A stretch of 64,000 nucleotides of DNA, taken from Malacoraja senta. Taxonomy: Eukaryota. The stretch covers positions 8,992,001 through 9,056,000 of the forward strand of contig CM075997.1 of assembly GCA_038087875.1 (NCBI GenBank), in the 5' to 3' direction. Numbering within the stretch: the stretch's first letter is position 1; each line of letters opens with the position of its first letter. A program made the position numbers and the translations under genes. Positions 1 through 13,327 of this stretch are shown here, in pieces. The notes under the pieces were generated by a model that searched no databases, was not told the DNA's origin, and was given only the letters and a program-made list of their open reading frames with translations.

Positions 1-896
1 GAGGGGGCTCCTAGCCTTGATTGAGCTCTTCGCACTCGATGTGGCACATCTATTTTCGGTTTATCAGGCAGCTTGAATACTTGTTTAAGTAAGTTGGCAG
101 CGAACTCCCGGGAGTCCTTTCCAGTTCCCCCCCCCCCCCTCTCTTACTCCAACTATTCTTAAATTCTGCCTTCTTGATCGTGCTTCCAGATCAATGCATT
201 TGTCAGTCATTTTGGCCAGTTGCCCCGAGACACGCTCTTGATCTTTCCTCATTCTCTTCAACTCTTCCGACATTTCCTTCATCGCAGTTTCCATATCTTT
301 CATAGCATTGCTATATGCTGTAGTGGTATGGAGAACAGATTCCAACTCATTACTGCAATCTTTCTCAACCCGTTTGATTTATGCACTTAAATCCTCCTCA
401 ACATCATCAATACGTTTACTTAGAACATTAATTGAATTAATGATTTCCTTATTTCCAAGCTTCATGCTTTTAGACAAACTTTTATCAAGTGTAGAAATCT
501 CGTCGTGTAGCATATTAGCAAAGTCTTTAGATACTGAGGCTCTTACCGATTGCTCCATTTGTTCCATCTGTCGCCATTTCACTGGCTAATCTTTGAGCTT
601 CAGCTTCTTCTTCGGAACTTTCTGATGTTGTTTGCAGAGTTTTACCCAGCTCTTTAACACGGAGTCTTGTGGTAGGTCTCTGGGAACGATCACTTTTTTT
701 GCATTTAAATGTGCCGTTATTCTCCGTTATTTTGCGGCGATTTCTGATGACGTCAGGTTCGCGAAGTCAGGCAGCTCCGGTAAGTAATTTTAAATCGGTC
801 TCCTCTTCCAAAACGTATTTTAAGCGATTTAACGCATTCAACGGGAGCGGAGCTGAATGCTGCGCCTTATACTGCTTCATGGCGCCACCGGAAGTC
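1..896 (-). mobile_element. L1/Tx1-type LINE, 5' end with 5'UTR and decayed ORF1 (continues out of the window)
   Basis: The minus strand starts GACTTCCGGTGGCGCCATG. ORF 85..345 carries a coiled coil followed by the L1 ORF1p motif DLEARSRRQNLRIVGVREG. The frame is broken. Confidence 0.85.
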
Positions 897-1639
897 AAAA
901 AAATCAACTTTTAAACTAGGAAATTCATCTCTTCTTTCACCAATAGATAATAACCCGTCGTTTAAGCCATCTATTATAGATAAAACCTTTACTTATTGTG
1001 AAAGACTAGGAATTAAAAAGCTTGGAGATCTCTACGAGATGGGAAATCTCCTGTCATTTCAGAAATTACAGTCGAAATACAGTCTGAAAGGTAATCAATA
1101 TTTTAGATATCTTCAAATTCGAGATTATTTGAAAACATATACCCATGATTATAAAACTCTTCTGCCAGATATATTAGACGAAGGTATGAATAGAACCTCG
1201 GAGTCAAACAATCTAACATCATACTTGTATAATACCCTTATAAATATAGAAATGCCATCGTCAGACGCAATTAGAAGAGAATGGGAAGAGGAACTAGGCC
1301 TAAAATTTTCCAAAGGCAGATGGGAAAAAACGTTTATATATACATAATTGTTCGATTAATGTTAGACACATTTAATCCAATTTAAAACACGGCACAGACA
1401 CTACTACTCAAAGACTACACTGAATAAGATTTTTCTCAAATGTGTCTCCTATTTGTGACAAATGTCTCCTTCAAGAAGCAACTATATCACATTCCTTTGC
1501 CTCTTGCATCAAACTACATAAGTTTTGGAAAGGAATTTTAGAAATGTTCTCAAAAACAGTAATAACAAAACTGGACCCCCATACGGAACTGAGTATTTTC
1601 GGAACAGCAGAAGCCTGCCCTGAGCTAACAATATTCCAG
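897..1639 (+). mobile_element. L1 ORF2 C-terminal fragment, part 1 (resumes at 10251)
   Basis: YFRYLQIRDY and SPICDKC...HSFASC (CCHC region) motifs. The frame ...PELTIFQ is continued by QRRFLNYGLITAK at 10251. Confidence 0.85.
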
Positions 1640-3262
1640 TTAGTCTAACAGCGGTATTGGCGAAACTGCTAGAGTCAGTTATTAAAGATGGGATAGCAGC
1701 ACATTTGGAAAGTGGAGAAATCATTGGACAAAGTCAGCATGGATTTATGAAAGGTAATTCATGTCTGACGAATCTTATAGCATTTTTCGAGGATGTAACT
1801 AGTAGAGTGGATAAGGTAGAACCAGTAGATGTGTTATATCTGGACTTTCAGAAGGTTTTCGACAAGGTCCCACATAAAGAGATTAGTATACAAACTTAAA
1901 ACACACGGTATTGGGGGATCAGTATTGATCATGGAAGGTTGGTTAAGAAGATTCAATTGTTGGGTATTAATGGTGGAGTAGCAAGATGGATTCAACAGTG
2001 GCTGAATGGGAGATGCCAGAGAGTAATGGTGGATGGCTGTTTGTCAGGTTGGAGGCCGGTGACTAGTGGGGTGCCTCAGGGGTCTGTGTTGGGGCCACTG
2101 TTGTTTGTCATGTACATCAATGATCTGGATGATGGTGTGGGAAATTGGATTAGTAAGTATGCAGATGATACTAAGATAGGTGGTGTGGTGGATAATGAAG
2201 TAGATTTTCAAACTCTACAGAGAGATTTAGGCCATTTGGAAGAGTGGGCTGAAAGATGGCACTTGGAATTTAATGCTGATAAATGTGAGGTATTACATCT
2301 CGGCAGGACAAATCAAAATAGGACGTACATGGTAAATGGTAGAGAATTGAGGAATGCAGTTGAACAGAGGGATCTAGGAATAACTGTGCATAGTACCCTG
2401 AAGGTGGAATCTCATGTAGATAGGGTGGTAAAGAAAGCTTTTGGGGTGCTGGCCTTTATAAATCAGAGCATTGAATATAGAAGTAGGGATGTAATGTTAA
2501 AATTGTACAAGGCATTGGTGAGGCCAATTCTGGAGTATGGAGTACAATTTTGGTCACCTAATTATAGCAAGGATGTCAACAAAATAGGGAGAGTACAGAG
2601 GAGATTTACTAGAATGTTGCCTGGGTTTCAGCAACTAAGTTACAGAGAAAGGTTGAACAAGTTAGGTCTTTATTCTTTGGAGCGCAGAAGGTTAAGAGGG
2701 GACTTGATAGAGGTCTTTAAGATTATGAGCGGGTTAGACAGAGTTGACGTGGATAAGCTTTTTCCATTGAGAGTAGGGAAGATTCAAACAAGGGGACATG
2801 ACTTGAGAATTAAGGGACAAAAGTTTAGGGGTAACATTAGGGGGAACCTCTTTACTCAGAGAGTGGTAGCTGTGTGGAATGAGCTTCCAGTGGAAGTGGT
2901 GGAGGCTGGTTCGATTTTATCCTTTAAAAATAGATTGGATGGGTATATGGACGGGAAAGGAATGGAGGGTTATGGTCTGAGTGCAGGTAGATGGGACTAG
3001 GGGGGCAGTAAGAAGGAGGGATTCCTAGATCCATCTGTTCAACTGCATTCCTCAATTCGCTACCATTTACCATGTACGTCCTATTTTGATTTGTCCTGCC
3101 GAGATGTAGCACCTCTCATTTATCAGCATTAAACTCCATCTGCCATCTTTCAGCCCACTCTTCCAAATGGCCTAAATCTCTCTGTAGACTTTGAAAATCT
3201 ACTTCATTATCCGCAACACCACCTATGCAACGAGAACTGGGTGTCATGGTACACCAGTCATT
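1421..3262 (+). repeat. 1,842-bp direct duplication, copy 1 (L1 piece + CR1-A piece + CR1-B RT + inverted CR1-B piece)
   Basis: Colinear with 7718-9559 at a constant offset of 6297. About 20 substitutions seen by eye. Confidence 0.95.
1929..3005 (+). mobile_element. CR1-B LINE, 5'-truncated RT fragment nested in a CR1-A
   Basis: ORF 1939..3000 contains GVPQGSVLGP, YADD and LYSLERRRLRGD. It is followed by an inverted CR1-B piece at ~3019-3223. Confidence 0.92.
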
Positions 3263-6200
3263 TTCTTACAAAGGCTACGGAAGTCTTTAGAATTCTAGCC
3301 ACGTTAGTGTGGCTATCACTAACTACACTAATTGTAGATGTAGTTCTTTTTCTTTCACCCTTTACTAATCAATTCTATCACTTTTTTCACTTTAAATATT
3401 TTTATAACTTAATGTTTGAATGGAAAAACAAGTCTAATACAAGGAGATGTGTTCGGAAGAGCGATGTATATGATTTTAAATTCATCTATCTGAAGTTCGG
3501 TAGCAGGGTCAGGTTTTATGTGTTGTACCTTCTGCTCGGTTATAGACCACCTTAGAAACAATATGCAAGATGTTAATATGACAAGAGGGGGTCAGGGAAT
3601 AACATTTTGTAGTTGGAATGTCAAGGAAATCAATGAACCAATTAAGAGAGGTAAAGTTTTGGCACATCTAAACTTAATCAAAACAGATATAATATTTCTC
3701 CAAGAAACACACCTTAAAAAGGAATCTCAACATAGACTTAAAGCTAAGTGGATCGCTGAATCATATCATTCCTCTTTTTCCCATAAGTCCAGAGGAGTTG
3801 CAATATTAATTCGTAAAGGAATACCTTTTACGAACTCTTCAACAATAGTGGATATTGATGGTAGATATATTATATTAGTTGGAGAGTTAAATGGAGAAAA
3901 AGTGATTCTTCTTAATGTATATGGGCCTAACTTTGATAACCCCATGTTTTTTAATAAAACATTTTATAAAATTCCTGAATTTACACAATATAAATGAATA
4001 ATTGGAGGAGACTTCAATTGTACATTAGATTCATACTTAGATAGATCATCAAGGCAAAAAAAAGTAAAATCTCAATCAAGTGTATTTCTAAATTCATTTA
4101 TTAATACCACTAATATTAAGGATATCTGGAGAATAGAAAAACCCAACTGGACGGGAATATTCAATTTACTCACCAGTACATAAAACATACTCAAGAATAG
4201 ATTATTTTTTAGTTGACTCTATGTTTATCCCATTTATTTATAATACAAAATACCATAACATTATAATCTCAGATCACGCACCTGTAACATTCATGATTAA
4301 ATTAAATGGAATGTCCGAGAAACAAGCATATTGGAGATTTAACCCACAAATTTTGAACGAAAGATCATGCCAGGAATATATTATTAAACAGATTCAAATA
4401 TTTTTTGAGGTAAATGACAACCCTGACACACCTACTTCTCTTATGTGGGAAACGTTTAAAGCGTTTGTTCGAGGTACATTAATTTCCGCTCAAGCATTTT
4501 ATAATAAAGAGAACAGGATTAAGCAACAAACATTGGAAAGTGAAATCAAGCAACTAGATATAGAAAATGCGAGAATGCCATCTATTTTAAAACATAATAA
4601 AATTGCTGTATTGAAATATAAATTAAATAAAATGTATTCAGAACAAGTAATAAAACTTTATCAAAAAACCAAACAATTACATTTTGAATTTGGAGACAAA
4701 CCACAAAAACTATTAGCACGTCAGTTACGAAAAATGGAAGGGGAAAAAATAATTCATAAAATTAGAACAGAGACAGGAGAATTATTAAAAATGCCCAAGG
4801 ACATAAATGATAGATTTCTCCAATACTATCATAACCATAATCAGAAGGAATAGCAGATTTTTTACTAAAATGTAATTTAAAAGGTTTAGATTCAAACGAT
4901 AGAGAATTATTAGAAAGGGAGATTACCATAAAAGATATTGAGGAGTCTATTGGCTCTTTAAAAAATGGTAAAGCAGTAGGACCAGATGGTTTAGGCTCCG
5001 AATTTTATAAAAAAAATTATGATTTGCTTTGCCCACGTTTACAAAGACTGTATGAGTATATCTATACACAACAGAAACTTCCAGACACTTTAAATGAATC
5101 TATAATAACACTTATTCCTAAAGCTGATAAAGATCCGGAAGACCCGGGATCATATAGAGCAATTGCACTTTTAAATACAGATCAGAAAATATTAACTAAA
5201 ATACTAGCGCATAGATTAAGTACAGTGATGAATAAATTAATACACCCTGACCAAACAGGCTTTATTCAGAAACGGTACTCATATTATAATCTAAGAAGAT
5301 TATTTAATATTATATATTCCAACAGAAATATTAATGAAGATCTAGCAATAATCTCACTTGACGCTGAAAAAGCATTTGATCAGGTCGAATGGTCTTATTT
5401 ATTTTCGGTGATGGAAAATATGCAGCTAGGGGAGAAATTCTGCACATGGATAAAACTGTTATATACAAATCCCACGGCTAGAATATTTACAAACCAAAGG
5501 TTGTCATCTAAATTTAGCCTATCTAGAGGTTGTAGACAAGGATGCCCGTTATCTCCATTATTATTTGCGCTTGCTATTGAGCCACTTGCAGAAAGAGTCA
5601 GGGGGCATCCGGAAATACACGGGTATAACACAAAGGACACAGTGAATAAAATTTCTCTATACGCAGATGATGTATTAATTTACATTACAAAACCAGAAAT
5701 TAGTATTCCAAACTTATTAAAGCTAATAATCCAATTTGGTTCACTTTCAGGATACAGAATAAATTGGAATAAAAGTGAAATTATGCCAATAAGGGAACAT
5801 AACAAACAGATAATACAACAATTTCGATTTAAAATAGTAAAGGAAAAATTTAAATATCTAGGTATTTATGTAACTAAGATACATCATTATTTAAAGCAAA
5901 TTTTCCACCATTACTGAATAAACTACATAAGAATATTCAATACTGGAAAACACTTCCTATCTCAATGGTTGGCAAAATTAATGCCATAAAAATGATTTTT
6001 TTACCGCAAATATTATACCTTTTTCAGACAATTCCGATATATCTGGCAAAACACTTTTTTTAAAAACTGGACTCTATTGTTAATGATTTTATCTGGGATT
6101 ATAAGAATCATAGGATAAACAAAAGACATTTGTGTAAATCAAAAATAAATGGAGGCTTGGTTTTACCCAACTTTTTGTTTTATTTCTGGGCAGTTAATAT

Positions 6201-7717
6201 TAAAAATATGAATTTCTGGTTGGAAGAAATAGATCATCAACCAGACTGGTTAAAACTGGAAAAGGAAGATTGTTTACCTTTTGATATCGGTTCGATATTA
6301 TTTGCTACGTCTAAATTAAACAAAAAAATTTATAGGGAAAACCCTATAATATTTAGTGCTATACGAATTTGGAAACAATTAAAAAAGACATTAAAATTAG
6401 ATAATTTATCACTTTTTCTTCCAATTGTGAATAACCCTTTGTTTAAGCCTTCATGGTTGGACGGGGGTTTTACACAATGGAAGAATTATGGAATTAAAAA
6501 TATGGGACAACTTTACAAGGAAGGCACTTTTCTGACATTTCAGGAGTTGCAACAGACTTATGGACTACGAGGAAATGATTATTTCAGATATCTTCAACTT
6601 AGAGATTATGTAAAATCGAATACTCAAAATTTTCGAATTAGAAATTCAGAAATTCTTGATGAATGTTGGAACAAACATCCTAATACAGAAAAATTAATAT
6701 CTTATATATATAATATCTTATTAGACAGTGACATTCCATCGACGGACTTACACAGACAAACATGGGAAAAAGAATTAAATCAAATAATAACGAAAGATAC
6801 TTGGGAAGAAAGTTTGCAACACATACATCAATGTTCATTAAACGCCAGACAATCTCTAATACAATTTAAAGTAATACATAGGTTACATTATTCAAAAACA
6901 AAACTACATAAAATTTGTCAACATATCTCACCTATATGTGATAAATGTCAACATTTAGAAGCTACCTTATCTCATATGTTTGCAAACTGTATAAAAATTA
7001 AAACATTCTGGGTAAATATTTTCAGTATAATATCTAAAGTAACCAGCACACAATTGGACCCAGATCCAAAATTAATAATTCTTGGAATATTAGAATTAAA
7101 TCAAACATTTAGAACAACACAAAGAAACTTTATTGATTATAGTTTAATAACAGGAAAAAAATTAATTCTAAAATTTTGGAAAGGCCCTACGACCCCCACA
7201 ATCAAAATGTGGATTATAGAAATGACGGAGACCTTAAACGTGGAAAGAATCAGATTCTCCCTGTTGGACAAACAGGAATTATTCGTTGGAACATGGTCTC
7301 CTTTTATTGATTACTTAAAGGGTCAGAACAGTTCATTTTCCATTGAGAGTAGGGAAGATTCAAACAAGTTCAGCACAGGAACCTGACTAACACCCGGGCT
7401 AAAGAATGGATGAAATGCTATATTTAGAAATGTACGAATATATCTCGAATGAAGTTTTTTATTTTAATAAATGTTTCCATTCTTCTTTAACTATCTTTTT
7501 CCTTTTTTTTTTTTTTTTTTTTTTTCCTTCTCTTTCTTTTCGTTCTTTACTTCATCTTTCTCTTTAGTTCTATTTAGGTTTTTTTTTAAAAGGCAAAAGG
7601 TATTGGAGACAATGTAGTAATAATTGACAATATTATCAATTTAAAAATGTAAGACTGTAATGATGTAACTAGGTTGTGTACGTATCTCCAATAAACAATA
7701 TTTTATTAAAAAAAAAA
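3263..7717 (+). mobile_element. L1 LINE with near-complete but disrupted ORF2 (APE endonuclease, RT, CCHC), 3'UTR and poly(A)
   Basis: SWNVK, FLQETH and SDHAP (EN); GCRQGCPLSPLLF and YADD (RT); CDKC...H...C. AATAAA and an A-tail at ~7690-7717. Several stops and frameshifts. Confidence 0.95.
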
Positions 7718-9559
7718 TGAATAAGATTTTTCTCAAATGTGTCTTCTATTTGTGACAAATGTCTCCTTCAAGAAGCAACTATATCACATTCCTTTGCCTC
7801 TTGCATCAAACTACATAAGTTTTGGAAAGGAATTTTAGAAATGTTCTCAAAAACAATAATAACAAAACTGGACCCCCATACGGAACTGAGTATTTTCGGA
7901 ACAGCAGAAGCCTGCCCTGAGCTAACAATATTCCAGTTAGTCTAACAGCGGTATTGGCGAAACTGCTAGAGTCAGTTATTAAAGATGGGATAGCAGCACA
8001 TTTGGAAAGTGGAGAAATCATTGGACAAAGTCAGCATGGATTTATGAAAGGTAATTCATGTCTGACGAATCTTATAGCATTTTTCGAGGATGTAACTAGT
8101 AGAGTGGATAAGGTAGAACCAGTAGATGTGTTATATCTGGACTTTCAGAAGGCTTTCGACAAGGTCCCACATAAAGAGATTAGTATACAAACTTAAAGCA
8201 CACGGTATTGGGGGATCAGTATTGATCATGGAAGGTTGGTTAAGAAGATTCAATTGTTGGGTATTAATGGTGGAGTAGCAAGATGGATTCAACAGTGGCT
8301 GAATAGGAGATGCCAGAGAGTAATGGTGGATGGCTGTTTGTCAGGTTGGAGGCCGGTGACTAGTGGGGTGCCTCAGGGGTCTGTGTTGGGGCCACTGTTG
8401 TTTGTCATGTACATCAATGATCTGGATGATGGTGTGGGAAATTGGATTATTAAGTATGCAGATGATACTAAGATAGGTGGTGTGGTGGATAATGAAGTAG
8501 ATTTTCAAACTCTACAGAGAGATTTAGGCCATTTGGAAGAGTGGGCTGAAAGATGGCACTTGGAATTTAATGCTGATAAATGTGAGGTATTACATCTCGG
8601 CAGGACAAATCAAAATAGGACGTACATCGTAAATGGTAGAGAATTGAGGAATGCTGTTGAACAGAGGGATCTAGGAATAACTGTGCATAGTACCCTGAAC
8701 GTGGAATCTCATGTAGATAGGGTGGTAAAGAAAGCTTTTGGGGTGCTGGCCTTTATAAATCGGAGCATTGAATATAGAAGTAGGGATGTAATGTTAAAAT
8801 TGTACAAGGCATTGGTGAGGCCAATTCTGGAGTATGGAGTACAATTTTGGTCGCCTAATTATAGCAAGGATGTCAACAAAATAGAGAGAGTACAGAGGAG
8901 ATTTACTAGAATGTTGCCTGGGTTTCAGCAACTAAGTTACAGAGAAAGGTTGAACAAGTTAGGTCTTTATTCTTTGGAGCGCAGAAGGTTAAGAGGGGAC
9001 TTGATGGAGGTCTTTAAGATTATGAGCGGGTTAGACAGAGTTGACGTGGATAAGCTTTTTCCATTGAGAGTAGGGAAGATTCAAACAAGGGGACATGACT
9101 TGAGAATTAAGGGACAGAAGTTTAGGGGTAACATTATGGGGAACTTCTTTACTCAGAGAGTGGTAGCTGTGTGGAATGAGCTTCCAGTGGAAGTGGTGGA
9201 GGCTGGTTCGATTTTATCCTTTAAAAATAGATTGGATGGGTATATGGACGGGAAAGGAATGGAGGGTTATGGTCTGAGTGCAGGTAGATGAGACTAGGGG
9301 GGCAGTAAGAAGGAGGGATTCCTAGATCCATCTGTTCAACTGCATTCCTCAATTCGCTACCATTTACCATGTACGTCCTATTTTGATTTGTCCTGCCGAG
9401 ATGTAGCACCTCTCATTTATCAGCATTAAACTCCATCTGCCATCTTTCAGCCCACTCTTCCATATGGCCTAAATCTCTCTGTAGACTTTGAAAATCTACT
9501 TCATTATCCGCAACACCACCTATGCAACGAGACCTGGGTGTCATGGTACACCAGTCATT
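7718..9559 (+). repeat. 1,842-bp direct duplication, copy 2 (includes CR1-B RT ORF 8236..9291)
   Basis: Begins immediately after the L1 poly(A) with tgaataagattttt and matches 1421-3262. Confidence 0.95.
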
Positions 9560-10250
9560 GAAAGTAGGCATGCAGCTGCAGCAGGCACTGAAAAAAAGCC
9601 AATGGTATGTTCGCATTCATAGCAAAAGGATTTGAGTATAGGAGCAGGGAGGTTCTACTGCAGTTGTACGGGGTCTTGGTGAGACCACACCTGGAGTATT
9701 GCGCACAGTTTTGGTCTCCTAATTTGAGGAAATATATTCGTGCCATAGTGGGAGTACAGAGAAGGTTCACCAGACTGATTCCTGGGATGTCAGGACTTTC
9801 ATATGAAGAAAGACTGGATAGACTTGGCTTGTACTCGCTTAAACTTAGAAGATTAAGGGGGAATCTTATAGAAACTTTCAAAATTTGCAAGGGGTTGGAC
9901 AGGCTAGATGCAGGAAGATTGTTCCCGATGTTGGGGAAATCCAGAACAAGGGGTCACAGTTTAAGAATAAGGGGGAAATATTTTAGGACCGAGATGAGTA
10001 AAACATTTTCACACAGAGAGTAGTGAATCTCTAGAATTCTCTGCCACAGATGGTAGTTGAGGCCAGTTCATTGGCTATATTTAAGAGGGAGGTAGATGTG
10101 GCCCTTGTGGCTGAATGTATCAGGGGGTATGAAGAGAAGGCAGGTACAGGATACTGAGTAGGATGATCAGCCATGATCATATTGAATGGCGGTGCAGGCT
10201 CGAAGGGCCGAATGGCCTACTCCTGCACCTATTTTCTATGTTTCTGTGTT
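9522..10250 (+). mobile_element. CR1-A LINE 3' end
   Basis: LVRPHLEYCAQFWSP motif; 3'UTR ...ctcgaagggccgaatggcctactcctgcacct followed by a (TTTCTATG)-type tail. Confidence 0.9.
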
Positions 10251-10826
10251 TCAAAGACGTTTCCTTAATTATGGCCTGATAACGGCGAAAACACTCATAC
10301 TTAAATTTTGGAAAAAGACATCTGCCCCTACTCTTAAAATGTGGATTGCAAGCATGTCTGGGACGTTACATCTTGAAAATATGATACTTGTCTTTGCAGG
10401 AAAACCAGAACAATTTTCGAAGACATGGATTCCATTCATTGATTCATTACAAGGATAGTATGGCGCAACACAACCTCACAATTAAACCGACTTACGGACT
10501 GGGCGATGGGTGGGGAGAGAAATGAATCAGCTATCTCATAACTTTTTGTTTATTTTTCTGTGTTTGTCTTTTTATTTCTTTACGTTCTTCTCATTATTTT
10601 ACTTACTCACTCTCCGACTACAATTATTTGGTAGTCTAGGGGTTCTATTCTTACACATTCACTTTATCTTGCATTTTCTTTCTTGCTTTGCTTTTTCTCT
10701 CTTTTTCTATTTCATCTTAGCTAAAATTAAAATCGAAGCTGTGCAATAAATGTATTATGTCATATGCCGCGGTATATATTTTGTACATTGCTTCTAATTT
10801 TTGTTTTTTAATTAATAAATAAATAA
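10251..10826 (+). mobile_element. L1 ORF2 end and 3'UTR, part 2 of the 897-1639 element
   Basis: NYGLITAKTLILKFWKK...WIPFIDSL*, a pyrimidine-rich 3'UTR and an aataaataaataa tail. Confidence 0.85.
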
Positions 10827-10852
10827 CATTTTTAACACTAAATACGGAGTTG

Positions 10853-11330
10853 TGTCGCAGATGTTTGCGAGCTCGACTCGATAGGACCAAATCTTTCTAT
10901 GCAGGGAACTGTAGTTTAAAGCACCCGCTGTCCAAATCGGCAAGAGTTTATCAAACTATCTCTATGTTGTGTCCACGTGGCAAGATGTCATCCTTGAGCT
11001 TTTTTGTCGAATTCCTCAAGCTGAATAGCCTTTGTACAGCTACGTTTTAGATGAATTGTTACACCAGAACTGGAATTCGGGGTCTTCGAACGGACTTTAA
11101 AAAAAGAGAGAACGACACGAGGGCAGCGTCCACGGGCTACATCGGAAAACTTGGCACTTTTGGCAAGAGAAGAGAGCCGTTCAGCTCCTATATGGAGAGA
11201 GCAAACATATTTTTCACGGCAAACAAAATAATGGAGATTAGTGGTGAAGGAGAGATAGTGACTGAAACAAATAAGGCCGTTTTCGAACGCATGAAAAGGA
11301 TTCTGCTCACGGAGATGGGTCCTCATGTTT
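10853..11330 (+). mobile_element. Gypsy LTR-retrotransposon remnant (possible LTR plus gag N-terminus)
   Basis: YIGKLGTF...FSSYMERANIFFTANKI...RILLTEMGPHVY resembles the N-terminus of fish Gypsy gag. A TG...CA bounded segment at ~10853-11117 may be the LTR (inferred). Confidence 0.55.
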
Positions 11331-11770
11331 ATTTGATTTGATTTGATTTGATTGATTTGATTCAATTGTCATTGTCTTCCAGTAAGAGACAACGAAAAGC
11401 TATTTCCCATACAGTCATGCGAATAAAAATTATTTAAAAAAACACAGAAAACGATAGACCACAACACAAACATCCCCACAGCGGCACCAAAGCCCCCACT
11501 GTGAGGGAAGGAAAAAAAAGTCCAGTCAACCTCCTCGCTGATGTTCCCCGATGTTCACCCGTGGCCGTGGCCTCCAGAGCCCCCCGCAGTCGCCGGTACG
11601 GTGGACCGATGTTCAGGACCTCTCGCCGGGATCGATGGGACCCCGATGTCTCTATTGATTTTGACAGCGCATGGAAGATACAAACGCCCCTCTGGGTGAA
11701 CAGGTTCTCCCCGAGGTCCCCTTATCCAAGTTTTCTCTGATCGTAGATCTATGCCTCTAATTATGGAAAA
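11331..11770 (-). mobile_element. Non-autonomous non-LTR element 3' part with (AAATC)n tail
   Basis: The (gattt)n tail at 11331-11362 is followed by a body resembling 14390-14480 (aacatcc..cacag...cactgtga.gga.gg) and a GC-rich segment. Confidence 0.5.
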
Positions 11771-11814
11771 CCTGTTTCCAAGGATATGGACTGTCAGCGC
11801 CATACAAACGTAAC

Positions 11815-12932
11815 AACATAGACAATAAGTGCAGGAGGAGGCAATTCGGCCCTTCGAGCCAGCACCGCTATTCATTGTGATCATGGCTGATCGTCCCCAA
11901 TCAATAACCCGTGCCTGCCTTCTCCCTTGATTCCACTAGACCCAAGTGCACTATATAACTCTCTTCAATCCATCCAGTGACTTGGCCTCCACTGCCCTCT
12001 GGGGCAGGGAGTTCCACAAATTCACAACTCTCTGGGTGAAAACGTTTTTTCTCACTTCAGTCTTAAATGGCTTCCCCTTTACTCTAAATCTGTGGCCCCT
12101 GGTTCTGGACTCGCCCAACATTGGGAACACTTTTCAGTATCTAGCTTGTCGAATCCTTTTATAATTTTTATATATTTCTATACGATCACCACTCATCCTT
12201 CTAAAATCAAGTGAATACAAGCGTAGTCTATTCAATCTTTCCTCATATGACTGTCCCGCCATCCCAGGGATCAATCTCGTGAACCTACGCTGCACTGCCT
12301 CAATTACAAGGATGTCCTTCCTCAAATTAGGAGACAAAAACTGAACACAATACTCCAAATGTGGTCTCACCAGTCCCCTATACAACTGCAGAAGAACCTA
12401 TTTACTCCTATACTGAAATCCTCTTGATATAAAGGCCAAAATTGCATTAACTTTCTTCACTGCCTGCTGTACCTGCACGCCAACTTTCAGTGACTGGTGC
12501 ACAAGGACGCCCAGGTCTCGCTGCACCTCCCCCTTACTTAACCTAACCCCATTGAGATACTTATCTGCCCCCTTGTTTTTGCCGCCAAAGTGGATATCCT
12601 CACATTTATCTATATTATACTGCATCTGCCACGCATCTGCACAGTCACTCACCATGTGCAGGTCACCCTGCAACCTCCTAACATCCTCTTCGCAGTTCAC
12701 ACTGCCACTTAGCTGTTTGTCATCCGCAAACTTGCTAGTGTTGCTTCGAATTCCCTCTTCCAAATCCTTCATGTATATCGTAAACAGTTGCGGCCCCAAC
12801 ACCAAGCCTTGCGACACTCCACCCGCCACTGCCTGCCATTCTGAAAAGTACCCGTTCACTCCTACTTTTTGCTTCATGTCTGCCAACCAATATTCTATCC
12901 ATGTCAACACATTACCCCCAATACCGTGCGCT
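11815..12932 (-). mobile_element. CR1-C LINE 3' half (RT) with tail
   Basis: ORFs 12398..12910 (FADD) and 12134..12385; CR1 3'UTR at ~11815-11900. Confidence 0.9.
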
Positions 12933-12938
12933 GTGATT

Positions 12939-13156
12939 GAGGGGAAGCAGGCCAGGGATATAAAGAAGCTTCTTTAGATATGTTAATGGAAAAGAGTAGT
13001 AAAGTCAAATGTGGGTCCATTGAAGGCAGATACGTGTGAAATGATAATGGGTAACAAGGAAATGGCAGAAGGGTTGAACAGGTTCTTCGGATCTGTCTTC
13101 ACTAAGGAAGACACAAACAATCTCCCAGAAGTACTGGAGGACAGAGGATCTAAGGG
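12939..13156 (+). mobile_element. CR1-C ORF2 internal fragment in the opposite orientation
   Basis: GPLKADT..IMGNKEMAE.LN.FFGSVFTKEDTNNLPEVLEDRGSKG. Confidence 0.85.
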
Positions 13157-13160
13157 GTTA

Positions 13161-13325
13161 TATTTATCGGAAACGCTGCCTCAAAAGGCAACCAGCATAA
13201 TCAAAGACACACACCACCCCGGCTACACCCAAATTTAACCCCTGCCATTGGGAAAACGGGATAAGATCCAGAACATTGTACCGTCCAGGCTCAGAATCAG
13301 CCTCTCCCCCACAGCCATTCCGCTA
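13161..13325 (+). mobile_element. Rex1/Babar-like LINE RT C-terminal fragment (continuation of 17191-17311)
   Basis: Reads IYRKRCL..ATSIIKDTHHPG, typical of the Rex1-type ORF end. Confidence 0.7.
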
Positions 13326-13327
13326 AC

